DNA from: Dehalococcoidia bacterium
GTDB taxonomy: Bacteria > Chloroflexota > Dehalococcoidia > Lucifugimonadales > UBA3495
Direction of reading: 5' to 3'
Length of the DNA: 64,000 nt
Assembly: GCA_034423575.1 (NCBI GenBank)
Contig: DAOUIF010000030.1
Location: 9,044 to 73,043, forward strand
Below the pieces are notes generated by a model. That model worked only from the letters and a program-made list of their open reading frames with translations, ran no database searches and was not told where the DNA came from. Both the position numbers and the translations under genes were made by a program. Shown piece after piece: positions 46,434 to 56,581 of this stretch (the stretch's first letter is position 1; each line of letters starts with the position of its first letter).

Positions 46434-46708
46434 ACCAGGTTCTCCTCGTCATAGTTGCTGCGGTACCACTCGGGAGGGAGCGGAGATACGATGTCGCCGT
46501 GGATCTCGATTTGGCCTTTCATGGAGCCGTAACCGTGGAGTGGCGGTTCCTCGTACCTCGTTATCTGCACAATGGGCTTGTCGCCGTCGAAGATGATCGC
46601 CTTCCCGTCCTGCTCGAAAACGGCGGCGATGATTGACAGGTATTGCTCGCCAAATTCTTCGATGGAGAGCGTATGCAGTTTTTTGTGGTAAGGAACGGCC
46701 TCGGTCAT
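46430..46708 (-). CDS. type II antitoxin (Phd/YefM-like)
   Basis: 92 aa starting at the ATG at 46708 after GGAGGA. ATGA overlap with vapC. The longer track ORF is rejected. Confidence 0.7.
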   Translation of the reverse strand: MTEAVPYHKKLHTLSIEEFGEQYLSIIAAVFEQDGKAIIFDGDKPIVQITRYEEPPLHGYGSMKGQIEIHGDIVSPLPPEWYRSNYDEENLV

Positions 46709-46758
46709 GGTTTCCTCCGGCTGGCTGATGGGTTGACGCACTGACTGTGTCGAAAGCG

Positions 46759-47727
46759 TCACGGCGTCAGCAGTATCTTTCCCGTGGTCTCCCTCCCCTC
46801 CAGACGGCGGTGTGCCTCCGCGGCTTCGGACAGCGGCAGGTTCAGGCTGATGTTGAGCTTGATCTCGCCCGACTGTACCCAGGACAGGCATTCTTCGGCT
46901 CGCTGCAGCAACTCGTCTCGCGTGGCGGTATAGTCCCCTAGCGTGGGGCGGGTGAGGAACAGGGAGCCGTTGCGCAGCATCCCCGAGTCCACCGCTCCTA
47001 CGGGGCCGCCGGCTTGCCCGTAGAGGGCCATGCAGCCGCGGCGTCCCAGCACCCGCAGGCCCTTCTCGAAGGTGGTCGCCCCGACCGCGTCGTAGATGAT
47101 CTTGACGCCTTGGCCGTCGGTCATCCGTCGGACCTCTTCCTCGAAATCCTGTTGGGTGTACAGGATGACGTCGTCGGCGCCCGCGCCACGGGCCATCGCC
47201 GCCTTCTCATCGGTGGATACCGTGGTGTACACGTGGAGCCCCATGCGCTTCAGCATCTGGATCAGCAGCAGACCCATTCCGCCGGCGCCGGCGTGAACCA
47301 GGGCACTCTGACCGGCCTGCAGCGGCGCGATGTCGTTGACCAGGAAGTGGGCGGTCATGCACTGGAGCAGGGTCGCCGCGCCGGTCTCGAAGTCCATGTC
47401 GTCGGGGATGCGCACCAGCAGCCAGGCGGGAACGGCCTGCTGCTCGGAGTAGGATCCGGTGTGCATGGCGTAGGCAACCCGGTCGCCCACCGCAACTTCC
47501 GTGACACCATCGCCCACAGCGACCACCTCGCCCGACGCCTCGCGGCCTGGCGTCCAGGGAAACGAAGCCGGCGGGTTTGTCCCCTTGCGGCTGGACACAT
47601 CGGTGTAGTTGACGCCGATGTTGCGGATGGCGACGACCGCTTCGCCAGGGCCGGCGGTGGGCTCGGGCATGTCTTCGTATTTCAGCACGTCGGGTCCGCC
47701 GACTTCGTAAGCTTGGATACCTTTCAT
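46759..47727 (-). CDS. NADPH:quinone oxidoreductase (zeta-crystallin-like MDR)
   Basis: MDR fold, AGAGGMG nucleotide-binding motif, 322 aa. Confidence 0.85.
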   Translation of the reverse strand: MKGIQAYEVGGPDVLKYEDMPEPTAGPGEAVVAIRNIGVNYTDVSSRKGTNPPASFPWTPGREASGEVVAVGDGVTEVAVGDRVAYAMHTGSYSEQQAVPAWLLVRIPDDMDFETGAATLLQCMTAHFLVNDIAPLQAGQSALVHAGAGGMGLLLIQMLKRMGLHVYTTVSTDEKAAMARGAGADDVILYTQQDFEEEVRRMTDGQGVKIIYDAVGATTFEKGLRVLGRRGCMALYGQAGGPVGAVDSGMLRNGSLFLTRPTLGDYTATRDELLQRAEECLSWVQSGEIKLNISLNLPLSEAAEAHRRLEGRETTGKILLTP

Positions 47728-47732
47728 GGTGT

Positions 47733-49037
47733 CTAACCTCCAAGTACGGATGCCATTCCGGTAACGTTGTCGATGTCCAGGATGCCGCGGAAACTGCTGA
47801 CCGCTTCGTCAATGTGGTCGGCCGGCAGGATGTAGCGGGTGCAATAGAGGAATTTCGCGTCCAGTTCCTCGGGGTCCAGGGGCATGGCCGGCGAGCCCCG
47901 AGGATGGTCGATGCGATGGTTCAGGGTGCGTCCGTCGTTGAGGGTTATTGCGACCTCCGCGGGATTTAGGGCCAGCGGCGACGCCGGCAGGGTGGCCTCG
48001 ACGGAAATGCGCTCCATCATCGCGCGGACGCCCTCGTCACGAACCGCCGGTTCGGAGAAGAAGTTTATCAGCGGCGCCCCGTGGCACAGGGCGGCGGCCG
48101 CTATAAACCCAATGGACCGTCGGGCCTGCCATCCGTCGGCGGGAAGCACGTTGGGCATGCGCTCAATGTCTTCCGCCGTGAGCCCGACGTGGACGCTGGA
48201 GATATCCGCAGGGGCAAACCGGTGCAGCTGGGCCAGGCCCAGGATAGCGTCGATCGCGCCGTGGCTGGCAGGGTCGCACGGGTAGAGGCGAATGGTAACC
48301 CCTGGATCGATCAGTCGCCAACGCGAGCTCAGATCGTCAAGATTGCAAGTCGCCTCATGCGCGGCCCGAGGCGCTTCACCGATGCCCTCGGCGGCGCTGA
48401 GCGCGCAAATCACGCCCTGCATGGCGGCCCTGCCTTGGGCCATGGCGGCGGCTCCGGCGGAGCCGTACTCGCTGCCGCCGTTTGCAGTGTCAACCGCCAA
48501 CCCCACCGCGCGAGCCACGCCGTCGGCGTCCAGCCCCAGTAGCATCGACGACGCCACCGCTGCTCCAACCGCGCCGGCGGAGCCGCGTGTAGGCGCAGTT
48601 GCGCCAAGGCGGGCAGCCACCTCGCATCCCGCGGCGAACGCTGAAAGCACGTCCGGCCCGGAGTATCCATGCATCTCGCCCAAAGCCATAACTGGCGGAA
48701 ACACGGCGGCCGTCGGGTGCGTGCCGCCGTCGACGGTGTTGTCGTCGTAGTCCAGCAACCGCACCAATGTCCCGTTCACCAGCGACGCATACACCGGCGA
48801 GGTGCGCATACCCATGCCGATGATGGTGCTCCGGCCGTTGCCGCCCATTTCACGGACCACCCGGGCCAGGGCAACCCCATCAGGATGCGCCGCGCCGGCG
48901 AGAGCCGCGCCGGCGGCGTTGAGCATCATCTCCCGGCACAGCTCGACCACGGTAGGCGGCACCGCGATGTCCGACTGGGCAATTCCGGCCGCGAACTGGG
49001 CGATCTGCTGGATGGGTTCAGGTTCAGTGCGATTCAT
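47733..49037 (-). CDS. MmgE/PrpD family protein
   Basis: Length and sequence pattern of 2-methylcitrate-dehydratase-like proteins. ATG at 49037 preferred. Confidence 0.8.
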   Translation of the reverse strand: MNRTEPEPIQQIAQFAAGIAQSDIAVPPTVVELCREMMLNAAGAALAGAAHPDGVALARVVREMGGNGRSTIIGMGMRTSPVYASLVNGTLVRLLDYDDNTVDGGTHPTAAVFPPVMALGEMHGYSGPDVLSAFAAGCEVAARLGATAPTRGSAGAVGAAVASSMLLGLDADGVARAVGLAVDTANGGSEYGSAGAAAMAQGRAAMQGVICALSAAEGIGEAPRAAHEATCNLDDLSSRWRLIDPGVTIRLYPCDPASHGAIDAILGLAQLHRFAPADISSVHVGLTAEDIERMPNVLPADGWQARRSIGFIAAAALCHGAPLINFFSEPAVRDEGVRAMMERISVEATLPASPLALNPAEVAITLNDGRTLNHRIDHPRGSPAMPLDPEELDAKFLYCTRYILPADHIDEAVSSFRGILDIDNVTGMASVLGG

Positions 49038-49110
49038 GGCAGGGCAAGGATACCGACGGCCGCCGCGCGGCGCAACGGAGGGACGCGAGGGTCCGGTGTA
49101 TAATGCCGAC

Positions 49111-49302
49111 GTGGACCGCAGGGAGGTCATGCGGCGGCTGCGGGAGGACGGTTGGTATGTGCATCGTATCGTCGGATCGCATCACCAGATGAAACACCCA
49201 ACCAAGCGTGGCACTACATCAGTGCCTCACCCGCGAAAAGATCTCAAGATCGGAACGATACGCAGCATTGAGCGGCAATCGGGCGTCAGACTCCGGCCGT
49301 GA
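49111..49302 (+). CDS. hicA: type II toxin HicA
   Basis: (V)DRREVMRRLREDGWYVHRIVGSHHQMKHP matches the HicA core. The GTG at 49111 lies 7 nt after a TGTATAAT box (49097-49104), so the mRNA may be leaderless. The alternative start is the ATG at 49129. Confidence 0.75.
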   Translation: MDRREVMRRLREDGWYVHRIVGSHHQMKHPTKRGTTSVPHPRKDLKIGTIRSIERQSGVRLRP

Positions 49303-49313
49303 GGAAACCCAAC

Positions 49314-49697
49314 ATGGAACGAACGTACCTTGCGTTGGTTGAAAAAGACCCGGATAGTGACTACGGCGTTTGGTTCACGGACCTGCCCGGCTGCATTACC
49401 GCGGGAAGCACCTTTGAGGAAGCGTGCGAAATGGCGCGGGAGGTGCTGATGCTGCATTTGGAAGGCATGGCGGAAGACAGCGAAGACATCCCGCCACCCA
49501 GTTGTGCCAATGACGTGCTGGCGCACCCCGACGCGACCGACGCCATCGCCCTGATCGTGGTCGAAGCCTTGCCCGAGCACACTCCGGAAGAAGCGCAAGC
49601 CGCCTATGATGCTTTCATGGCGTCAGAATACGGACAGGAATTCATGCGCGAAACCGCGCCACATTCCGAGCCGGCGACGGCCCGTATCGCGGAATGA
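49314..49697 (+). CDS. hicB: type II antitoxin HicB
   Basis: YLALVEKDPDSDYGVWFTDLPGCITAGSTFEEA matches the HicB N-terminal domain. GAGGAAA RBS. Confidence 0.8.
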   Translation: MERTYLALVEKDPDSDYGVWFTDLPGCITAGSTFEEACEMAREVLMLHLEGMAEDSEDIPPPSCANDVLAHPDATDAIALIVVEALPEHTPEEAQAAYDAFMASEYGQEFMRETAPHSEPATARIAE

Positions 49698-49846
49698 CTT
49701 TAGCCGCTATGTCAACTCCGGACACTGAGACGAGTTTCCTGCCATCGGATCGTTTGTTGATTGTGATTGCCTGTCCATTGCTGCCACGCTTGTGACGGTG
49801 ATGATCACGGGCGCAGGTGTTGTTCCAAACTTGGGAGATCGGGAAT

Positions 49847-51097
49847 ATGTCAGCACAGGGTAGCAGTTCCAACTCGGTGGAAGCGCGACCGTACGACGTG
49901 GCCATCGTGGGCGGCGGCATCATCGGGCTGTCCGCGGCCATGCAACTGCTCGAACGCTCGCCGGACTTGAACGTTGCGGTGATCGAGAAAGAGGAGCAGT
50001 TGGCCCAGCACCAGACGGGCCACAACAGCGGCGTCATCCACTCCGGCATCTATTACCGGCCCGGCTCCTGGAAGTCGCGGTTCTGCGTGGGCGGCAAGGA
50101 CCGGCTGATCCGCTTCTGCGACGAAAACGAGATCGAGTACGATCCCTGCGGCAAGGTGATCGTGGCGACCCACGAGAGCGAACTGGGTCGCCTTGACGAC
50201 CTGTACGAGCGCGGTGTCGCCAACGGCGTTCCTGACCTCGAAATGGTGGGCCCCGAGCGATTGAAGGAGATCGAGCCCCACACCTACGGCGTCCAGGCGC
50301 TCTGGGCTCCTCACACCGGCATCGTCGACTACGTGCGGGTGGCCAACGCCTACGCGGGCAAATTCCAGTCAGCGGGCGGGGACATCTTCACCGGCGCGGC
50401 GGTTATCCGGTCTCGGCAAACCGGCTCCGGCACCGCTTTGGAGACCCAGAGAGGAGCAGTGCAGGCTCGACACGTGATCAACTGCGGCGGGCTGTACGCG
50501 GACAAACTGGCGAGAATGATGGGCGAGGAGACCGACGTTCGCATCATCCCCTTCCGCGGTGAGTACTACAAGCTGACGGAATCCAGCGAAGACCTGGTGA
50601 AAGGGCTGATCTATCCGGTGCCCGATCCACGGTTCCCGTTCCTGGGCGTGCACTACACGCGGAACATCCACGGTTACGTAGAGGCTGGACCCAACGCGGT
50701 GCTGGCATGGGCTCGCGAGGGCTACCGCAAGAGCAATATCAGCCTTGGAGAGACCGCTGGCGCGCTTACCTTCCCAGGTTTCTGGAAGATGACCGCGCGC
50801 CACTGGAAGACAGGCATGCAGGAAATGCACCGGTCCTACAGCAAGTCCGTTTTCGTTAACGACCTCAAGAAGCTGATACCCGAGATCCGCGGGGAGGACC
50901 TGGAACCGGGCGGCAGCGGCGTGCGCGCGCAGGCAGTGTCCTCGTCGGGCGCGATCCTGGACGACTTCCACATCCTGCGGGGACAACGGGCGCTCCACGT
51001 CCTGAACGCGCCGTCACCGGGCGCTACCTCGTCGCTGGCCATAGGCGAATACCTGACGGACATGGCGGTTGAGGACTTCGGTCTGGCCGTTCGTTGA
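49847..51097 (+). CDS. lhgO: L-2-hydroxyglutarate oxidase-like FAD-dependent oxidoreductase
   Basis: YDVAIVGGGIIGLS ... QTGHNSGVIHSGIYYRPGS. Confidence 0.8.
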   Translation: MSAQGSSSNSVEARPYDVAIVGGGIIGLSAAMQLLERSPDLNVAVIEKEEQLAQHQTGHNSGVIHSGIYYRPGSWKSRFCVGGKDRLIRFCDENEIEYDPCGKVIVATHESELGRLDDLYERGVANGVPDLEMVGPERLKEIEPHTYGVQALWAPHTGIVDYVRVANAYAGKFQSAGGDIFTGAAVIRSRQTGSGTALETQRGAVQARHVINCGGLYADKLARMMGEETDVRIIPFRGEYYKLTESSEDLVKGLIYPVPDPRFPFLGVHYTRNIHGYVEAGPNAVLAWAREGYRKSNISLGETAGALTFPGFWKMTARHWKTGMQEMHRSYSKSVFVNDLKKLIPEIRGEDLEPGGSGVRAQAVSSSGAILDDFHILRGQRALHVLNAPSPGATSSLAIGEYLTDMAVEDFGLAVR

Positions 51098-51333
51098 GCG
51101 TCCCACTGGTAATGTTGCTGTCGCCAGACTCGCCTGCCCGTAGCGGCGCAACTGCTGGCGCATTCGGGGGCCTTCCCGGCAAGCGAACGCCCTGTTATGG
51201 CAAGCGGGTTTCTGCTATACTTGCCGCCTAGCCGACGAACGCCATCGCACAAAGAATGTCTTGCCGCCGCTGGCAGCAGCCCGCGGGGGCGATTTTTCGG
51301 TTTAGTCTCTAAATTATCCGGGAGTACAAGACA

Positions 51334-52623
51334 ATGCCGGCTTATGCCGTAATCGGGGGACAGTGGGGCGACGAAGGCAAGGGTAAAGTCATCGACTACC
51401 TTGCCGGCCAGTCCGATTGCGTGGTGCGATACGCCGGCGGCAACAACGCCGGACACACGGTGGTCAATGAGCGGGGGGAGTTTCAGTTGCACCTGGTTCC
51501 GTCCGGCATCTGCTGGCCCGGGGTGACCGGCATCATCGGCAATGGTGTGGTGGTGAATCCCGGCGTGCTGCTCGGGGAGATCGAAGGATTGCGGGAGCAG
51601 GGTATCGACACGGACCAACTGTTTGTCAGTGATCGGGCTCACGTCATCATGCCCTATCACATGCTGCTCGACGAACTCCAGGAAAAGGCTCGTGGCCGCG
51701 GCGCCATCGGCACTACCGGCCAGGGCATTGGCCCAGCTTACATCGACAAAGTGTCCCGCGACGGCATTCGCGTCGGCGACTTGCTTGACACCACGGAGCA
51801 GTTGCCCGACCGGGTGCAAGCGGCCGTAGAGATGAAGAACCGGGTCATCACCGGAGTATACGGCGGCGAACCCGTGGATGCCGACGAGATTCTGGAACTT
51901 TGCCGACGGTGGGGGGAACAACTGCGGCCAATGGTTCGCCCCACCGAACAGATGGTGCAGGACCTGCTGGAACAAGGCAAGCGCGTGCTCTTGGAAGGCG
52001 CCCAAGGAACGCTGCTGGATGTTGACCACGGTTCCTATCCGTACGTCACCTCATCCTCGCCGTCCATCGGCGGCGCGATCACCGGATTGGGGCTCGACCC
52101 ACGGTCCATCAAAGGCGTCCTCGGCGTGTTCAAGGCATATTCCACGCGCGTCGGCGGCGGGCCGATGCCCACGGAGATGCACGGCCAAGCCGGTGAGGAC
52201 CTGCGGGAGAAAGCCCACGAATACGGCACCACCACCGGGCGAGCCCGGCGGGTGGGCTGGTTCGATTCCGTTGCCGCCCGCTACAGTCATCAGATCAACG
52301 GCTTCACCGGCATTGTGCTGACCCGCCTGGACATCCTGGACGGAATGGAAGAGGTGAAAATCTGCGTCGGGTACCGCGCGAACGGAGAGGAATTCGACCG
52401 CTTCCCGTCCGATACGGCCCTGCTGGAGCGCTGCGAACCCATATACGAAAAAATGTCCGGATGGATGGAACCCACGGCCAGCGCAACGCGCGCCGAGCAG
52501 TTGCCGGCAAACGCGCTGGCATACGTGAAACGGATAGAGACTCTAGTGGGCTGTGATGCTCAGATCATTTCTACCGGTCCCAGTCGCGAGGAAACCATCG
52601 CGATTGAACAGATCATCCGGTAG
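51334..52623 (+). CDS. purA: adenylosuccinate synthase
   Basis: GGQWGDEGKGK, GNNAGHT, TTGQGIGPAY, GTTTGRARRVGWFD. Confidence 0.95.
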   Translation: MPAYAVIGGQWGDEGKGKVIDYLAGQSDCVVRYAGGNNAGHTVVNERGEFQLHLVPSGICWPGVTGIIGNGVVVNPGVLLGEIEGLREQGIDTDQLFVSDRAHVIMPYHMLLDELQEKARGRGAIGTTGQGIGPAYIDKVSRDGIRVGDLLDTTEQLPDRVQAAVEMKNRVITGVYGGEPVDADEILELCRRWGEQLRPMVRPTEQMVQDLLEQGKRVLLEGAQGTLLDVDHGSYPYVTSSSPSIGGAITGLGLDPRSIKGVLGVFKAYSTRVGGGPMPTEMHGQAGEDLREKAHEYGTTTGRARRVGWFDSVAARYSHQINGFTGIVLTRLDILDGMEEVKICVGYRANGEEFDRFPSDTALLERCEPIYEKMSGWMEPTASATRAEQLPANALAYVKRIETLVGCDAQIISTGPSREETIAIEQIIR

Positions 52624-52707
52624 CGTATTTGACACTTTCGTAATAACATTGCGCCTGCAGCGTAGCCTGGACGATCCGGCTATATAACTTGCTGCGGAGG
52701 AGAATGT

Positions 52708-53178
52708 ATGGCCACAAATAACGCAACACCGGCGGATACGTCCATCTTCGGTCGTATCTTCGTGCGGTTCACCGACGAGTTCTACTTACTGTTCCGGCTG
52801 ATCTTCGCCTTTTTAGTGTCGCTCCACGGAGCACAAAAGGCTTTCCAAATGTGGGGATTCCCGCCTCCGGGACCTGGAGGCCCGCCAGACATCGTGTACC
52901 TTGCCGGTTGGATCGAGTTCATCTCGGCCCTGCTCATCGGCTTTGGGGTACTCACACGGTTGGGCGCCGGCGCGCTGTGCGTCACGATGGTCATCGCATA
53001 CTTCATGATGCATTTTCCCAACGGCATTGCCCCGCACATCTTCCCGGCCGAAGGCGGTTTCCCCGCGACCGGGGGTGAGGTTTCGATACTCTGGTTCGCC
53101 ATTGCCGGCATAATCGGTATCATGGGCAGCCGCAAGTATGGCCTGGAACGCCTGATCCTCAAGAAGGAAATCCTCTAA
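52708..53178 (+). CDS. DoxX family membrane protein
   Basis: Four TM helices and the LFRLIFAFLVSLHGAQKAF motif. Confidence 0.8.
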   Translation: MATNNATPADTSIFGRIFVRFTDEFYLLFRLIFAFLVSLHGAQKAFQMWGFPPPGPGGPPDIVYLAGWIEFISALLIGFGVLTRLGAGALCVTMVIAYFMMHFPNGIAPHIFPAEGGFPATGGEVSILWFAIAGIIGIMGSRKYGLERLILKKEIL

Positions 53179-53253
53179 CCAGACCCTATAGCAAAACCAA
53201 CCTCACACAAACGGCCCGGCGTTCCCCACGACGCCGGGCAAAGAGTAGTAATC

Positions 53254-53484
53254 ATGCAGCAACAAGCAGCGCGCTTCGGGATCTACTTCAATTCCTCCCA
53301 GAACCAGGTGGTTCGGATCAATTCCCCCTACTGGTTCCCGCCGGAACCCGAGTGGCAGAAGGTCACCGGCGAGGTGAACGCCACCCTGCTGGACCTGCGG
53401 CGAACGATCGGAGAGCAGGGTCTGTCTTCAGATCCCGACGGAGTGACCTGGACCACCCTGCCGTTGTTGGACGAAGACAACTAG
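53254..53484 (+). CDS. hypothetical protein (76 aa)
   Basis: ORF with host-like codon usage. No family recognised. Confidence 0.35.
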   Translation: MQQQAARFGIYFNSSQNQVVRINSPYWFPPEPEWQKVTGEVNATLLDLRRTIGEQGLSSDPDGVTWTTLPLLDEDN

Positions 53485-53490
53485 CCGGCC

Positions 53491-54015
53491 ATGGCCTCGG
53501 AGCCGCCGGGAGCCTTACCGCAGACGGCCCCCGAGACGGATGACTATCCCCGCCCGCCGGGATGGCGCGGGCGAATGATGGCCGCCAACCCCGAGCAGGC
53601 CCGCCGCTGGATGCGATGGGCTTGGGTCTGCGGCATGGTGTGGTGGGTGTGGACCATGGGCGTGTTGGTCGTGTGGATGTCGGCACCCGTACTGGCGGTG
53701 TCCGAAGTTGAGGGCAGCGCGCCGGCCATACCGCCGGCAGACCTCCTCATCTACTACGGCATCGAAGGACTCGTCGTGGCCCTCCTGGCGCTGGGGGTGA
53801 TGCGCCGCTGGCGTCCCGCCGCAGTGCTGCTGGCAGTGGGGTTCGTCGTGTCGCGGATCGTGCTGATCTTGCTTGGGTTGATAACCCTGGACAGCTTTCG
53901 GGATGCCATCTGGCTCGTCATCTACGGGGGACTGCTGTTCGCTTTCGTGAGGGGGGTGCAGGGCGCATACAGCTTTCACTGGTTCACCCGAGCGCCTCTG
54001 CCGGATCATCGGTAG
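53491..54015 (+). CDS. hypothetical membrane protein (Trp-rich TM1, 4 predicted TM helices)
   Basis: Hydrophobic segments, with a strong terminator directly downstream. Confidence 0.45.
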   Translation: MASEPPGALPQTAPETDDYPRPPGWRGRMMAANPEQARRWMRWAWVCGMVWWVWTMGVLVVWMSAPVLAVSEVEGSAPAIPPADLLIYYGIEGLVVALLALGVMRRWRPAAVLLAVGFVVSRIVLILLGLITLDSFRDAIWLVIYGGLLFAFVRGVQGAYSFHWFTRAPLPDHR

Positions 54016-54040
54016 GAGATCTGCAGCGTGACACTAATCA

Positions 54041-54072
54041 GGGGCGGGTGATCTACCCGCCCCGATTTCTTT
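54041..54072 (+). terminator. intrinsic terminator
   Basis: GGGGCGGG-tgatcta-CCCGCCCC followed by GATTTCTTTT. Confidence 0.75.
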
Positions 54073-54093
54073 TGAATATTCCCGTTTGGTGAA

Positions 54094-55248
54094 CTAGCTG
54101 TCGTTGAACGCGGGCATCACGTCCTCCGCGAACCGGGATAGCTGGTCCTTGAAGACCTCCCGCGGCATCCCCATGACGGAACCGAGGTTAATACGCTCCA
54201 CGCCCGGATAGCGCGCTTCGTCTTCCTTCAGCGCGTTGATGACGTCATCCGCGGATCCGCAGAGCCACGCTCCGCTTTCCACCGCCTCTTCCAGCGTGGG
54301 GAGTTGCACGCCCCGACGGAGACCGGGATTGGCCACGGCTTCTATCTGGTCCTGCTCCAGGCGCATGAGGCCCAGCGGGGCCGCGAATTTCATCGCTTCC
54401 TCGAAGTAGGGCTTGGCCTCCCTGATAGCCTCCTCGCGGTTCGCGCCGAGGAAGAAGCGGTAACCCAGCGCGATGTCCTCGCCCAGTTGCAGCTCGCGGC
54501 CATATTTGGCGGCGGCCTGCTGGTACATGGTCAGCCGCTCGTGTCGGGCGGGCTCCGGTGTATTGGCCACCATCGCCTTGATGCCGATGCGGGCCATGAA
54601 ATCAACACCTTTGGGGTTGCCCGAAACCAGCGGCTGCCAGATGTCCACGGGCTGGCGCAGGGGCCGGGGCACGAGGCTCAGCTTCTCCAGGGTGTAGCCG
54701 CGGTAGGGCACTCGCGCCGGTATCTGGTAGTGCTTGCCCTCGTGGGAGAAAGCTTCCTCGTTGAAAGCCTTGACCATGACCTCGACCTGCTCTTCAAACA
54801 GCTCGCGGTTGGCGTCGCCATCGAACATGGGCGAACCGAAGGTCTCCACCTCGCGGGAGTGGTACCCGCGGCCCACGCCGAAGATGATGCGGCCGCCGGA
54901 GAGGATGTCCGCCATGGCGAAGTCCTCCGCCAGGCGCAGCGGGTGCCACATGGGCGTGATGTTGAAGCCGCAACCGTACTTGAGCCTCTGGGTGTTGCAG
55001 GCCAGGTACAACCCCAGCATGATCAGGTTGGGGATGCACTCGTACCCTTCAGGCTGGAAGTGGTGCTCGGCCATCCAGAACTCGTCGTAGCCGTTGTCCT
55101 CCAGGTGCCTGGAGATGTCCAGGGCCCAGTCGAAGGCTTCGGCGAGTTGTTCGTTGGAATACCAGCGGTCGTTGGCGGGAGTCCCCTCGAGTCCCAGGTT
55201 ATCGTCCACCACGTGTCCGGCGTAGGATGCGCTAAAGCTGTTGAACAT
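54094..55248 (-). CDS. LLM-class flavin-dependent oxidoreductase
   Basis: Luciferase-like pattern (GYDEFWMAEHHFQPEGYE, SGGRIIFGVGRGYH). ATG at 55248 after GAGGGA. Confidence 0.85.
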   Translation of the reverse strand: MFNSFSASYAGHVVDDNLGLEGTPANDRWYSNEQLAEAFDWALDISRHLEDNGYDEFWMAEHHFQPEGYECIPNLIMLGLYLACNTQRLKYGCGFNITPMWHPLRLAEDFAMADILSGGRIIFGVGRGYHSREVETFGSPMFDGDANRELFEEQVEVMVKAFNEEAFSHEGKHYQIPARVPYRGYTLEKLSLVPRPLRQPVDIWQPLVSGNPKGVDFMARIGIKAMVANTPEPARHERLTMYQQAAAKYGRELQLGEDIALGYRFFLGANREEAIREAKPYFEEAMKFAAPLGLMRLEQDQIEAVANPGLRRGVQLPTLEEAVESGAWLCGSADDVINALKEDEARYPGVERINLGSVMGMPREVFKDQLSRFAEDVMPAFNDS

Positions 55249-55489
55249 GATTCGGTTCCCTCGTCGTTGATTGGTCGGCTCGTCGGGTCGCAAACAATTG
55301 TACTCCATTCGAATGGGCATTGAAGCCAATTGCCGTATCAACGGAACGGTCTCCCCCGTGACTGGGAACCAGAAATCCGAGCCTGAAGCGCCGGCGAATG
55401 CCCGTGTTGACGCTCGCCGGCGGCCGATGCTAACCTCGCGCCACGCTCACCGGCAAGCCCGGTGGAGTTGACACCGGAGGGAAAGTGAG

Positions 55490-56581
55490 ATGAAAGCAGC
55501 AGTTTTGCGCGAAGTTAATCAGCCGGTAGTCGTCGAAGACGTGCAGGTCGACGCGCCGGCGCCCCGCGAAGTATTAGTGCGGACGGGCGCGTCCGGCGTG
55601 TGCCACAGCGACCTGCACTTCGTCGAAGGGCTCTATACCACGCCCATGCCCTGCATCCTGGGCCACGAGGCGGCCGGCGTTGTGGAGGCGGTGGGCGAGC
55701 AGGTCAGCTATGTCCGCCCGGGCGACTCGGTGATCTCGTGCCTCTCGGTCTTCTGCGGGACTTGCGAATTCTGCACCCGGGGCCAGCCCTACCTCTGCGA
55801 CCGGACGGCGGTAACGCGAAGGCGCGACGACCCGCCCCGTCTGCGCAAGGACGGCGAGGCCATCACCCAGTTCGCCCAGCTGGGCTCCTACGCGGCCGAG
55901 ATGCTGGTCCACGAGAACGCGTTGGTCAAGGTGGACGACGACATCCCCTTCCCGCAGTTGGCGCTCATCGGCTGCGGCGCTACCACCGGCCTGGGCGCCG
56001 TGCTGAACACCGCCCGCGTTGAGCCGGGCAGCACGGTGGCGGTGGTGGGCTGCGGCGGCATCGGCATCCACTGCGTGCAGGCGGCCGCGCTGGCCGGAGC
56101 CCTGCGGATCATCGCCATCGACACCACCGAGGACAAGCTGGGCCTGGCCCGCGAGTTTGGCGCCACGGACGTCATCGACGCTACCGCGGGCAACGTCGCC
56201 GAGCGCATCGTAGACCTGACCGACGGTGGGGTTGACTACTCCTTCGAGGCCATCGGCCTGAAACAGACCGCCGAAGACTGCTACAACATGCTCCGACCCG
56301 GTGGCGTGGCCACCATCATCGGCATGGTGCCCGAGGGCGTCAAGATCGAGCTGGACGCCGGCAACTTCCTGCGCCGGGGCCGCGCTATTCAGGGCTGCAC
56401 CATGGGGTCCAACCGGTTCCGCACCGACATGCCGCGCTACATCGAGTTTTACAAGCAGGGTCGGCTGAAGCTGGACGAGCTGGTCACCCAGGAGATGGCA
56501 TTGTCAGAGATCAACAAGGCCTTCGCCGACATGAAGGCTCAAAGCGTCCGCCGCAGCGTGATAACGGATTTTGAGAACTGA
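55490..56581 (+). CDS. zinc-dependent alcohol dehydrogenase (MDR family)
   Basis: GVCHSDLH, GHEAAGVVEAVG, structural-Zn Cys cluster CGTCEFCTRGQPYLC, GCGGIG. Confidence 0.9.
   Translation: MKAAVLREVNQPVVVEDVQVDAPAPREVLVRTGASGVCHSDLHFVEGLYTTPMPCILGHEAAGVVEAVGEQVSYVRPGDSVISCLSVFCGTCEFCTRGQPYLCDRTAVTRRRDDPPRLRKDGEAITQFAQLGSYAAEMLVHENALVKVDDDIPFPQLALIGCGATTGLGAVLNTARVEPGSTVAVVGCGGIGIHCVQAAALAGALRIIAIDTTEDKLGLAREFGATDVIDATAGNVAERIVDLTDGGVDYSFEAIGLKQTAEDCYNMLRPGGVATIIGMVPEGVKIELDAGNFLRRGRAIQGCTMGSNRFRTDMPRYIEFYKQGRLKLDELVTQEMALSEINKAFADMKAQSVRRSVITDFEN

Noticed and set aside
52257-52270. GGTTCGATTCC T-arm-like string.
   Set aside because: It lies inside purA, where it encodes the conserved GWFD motif. 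There is no surrounding cloverleaf.
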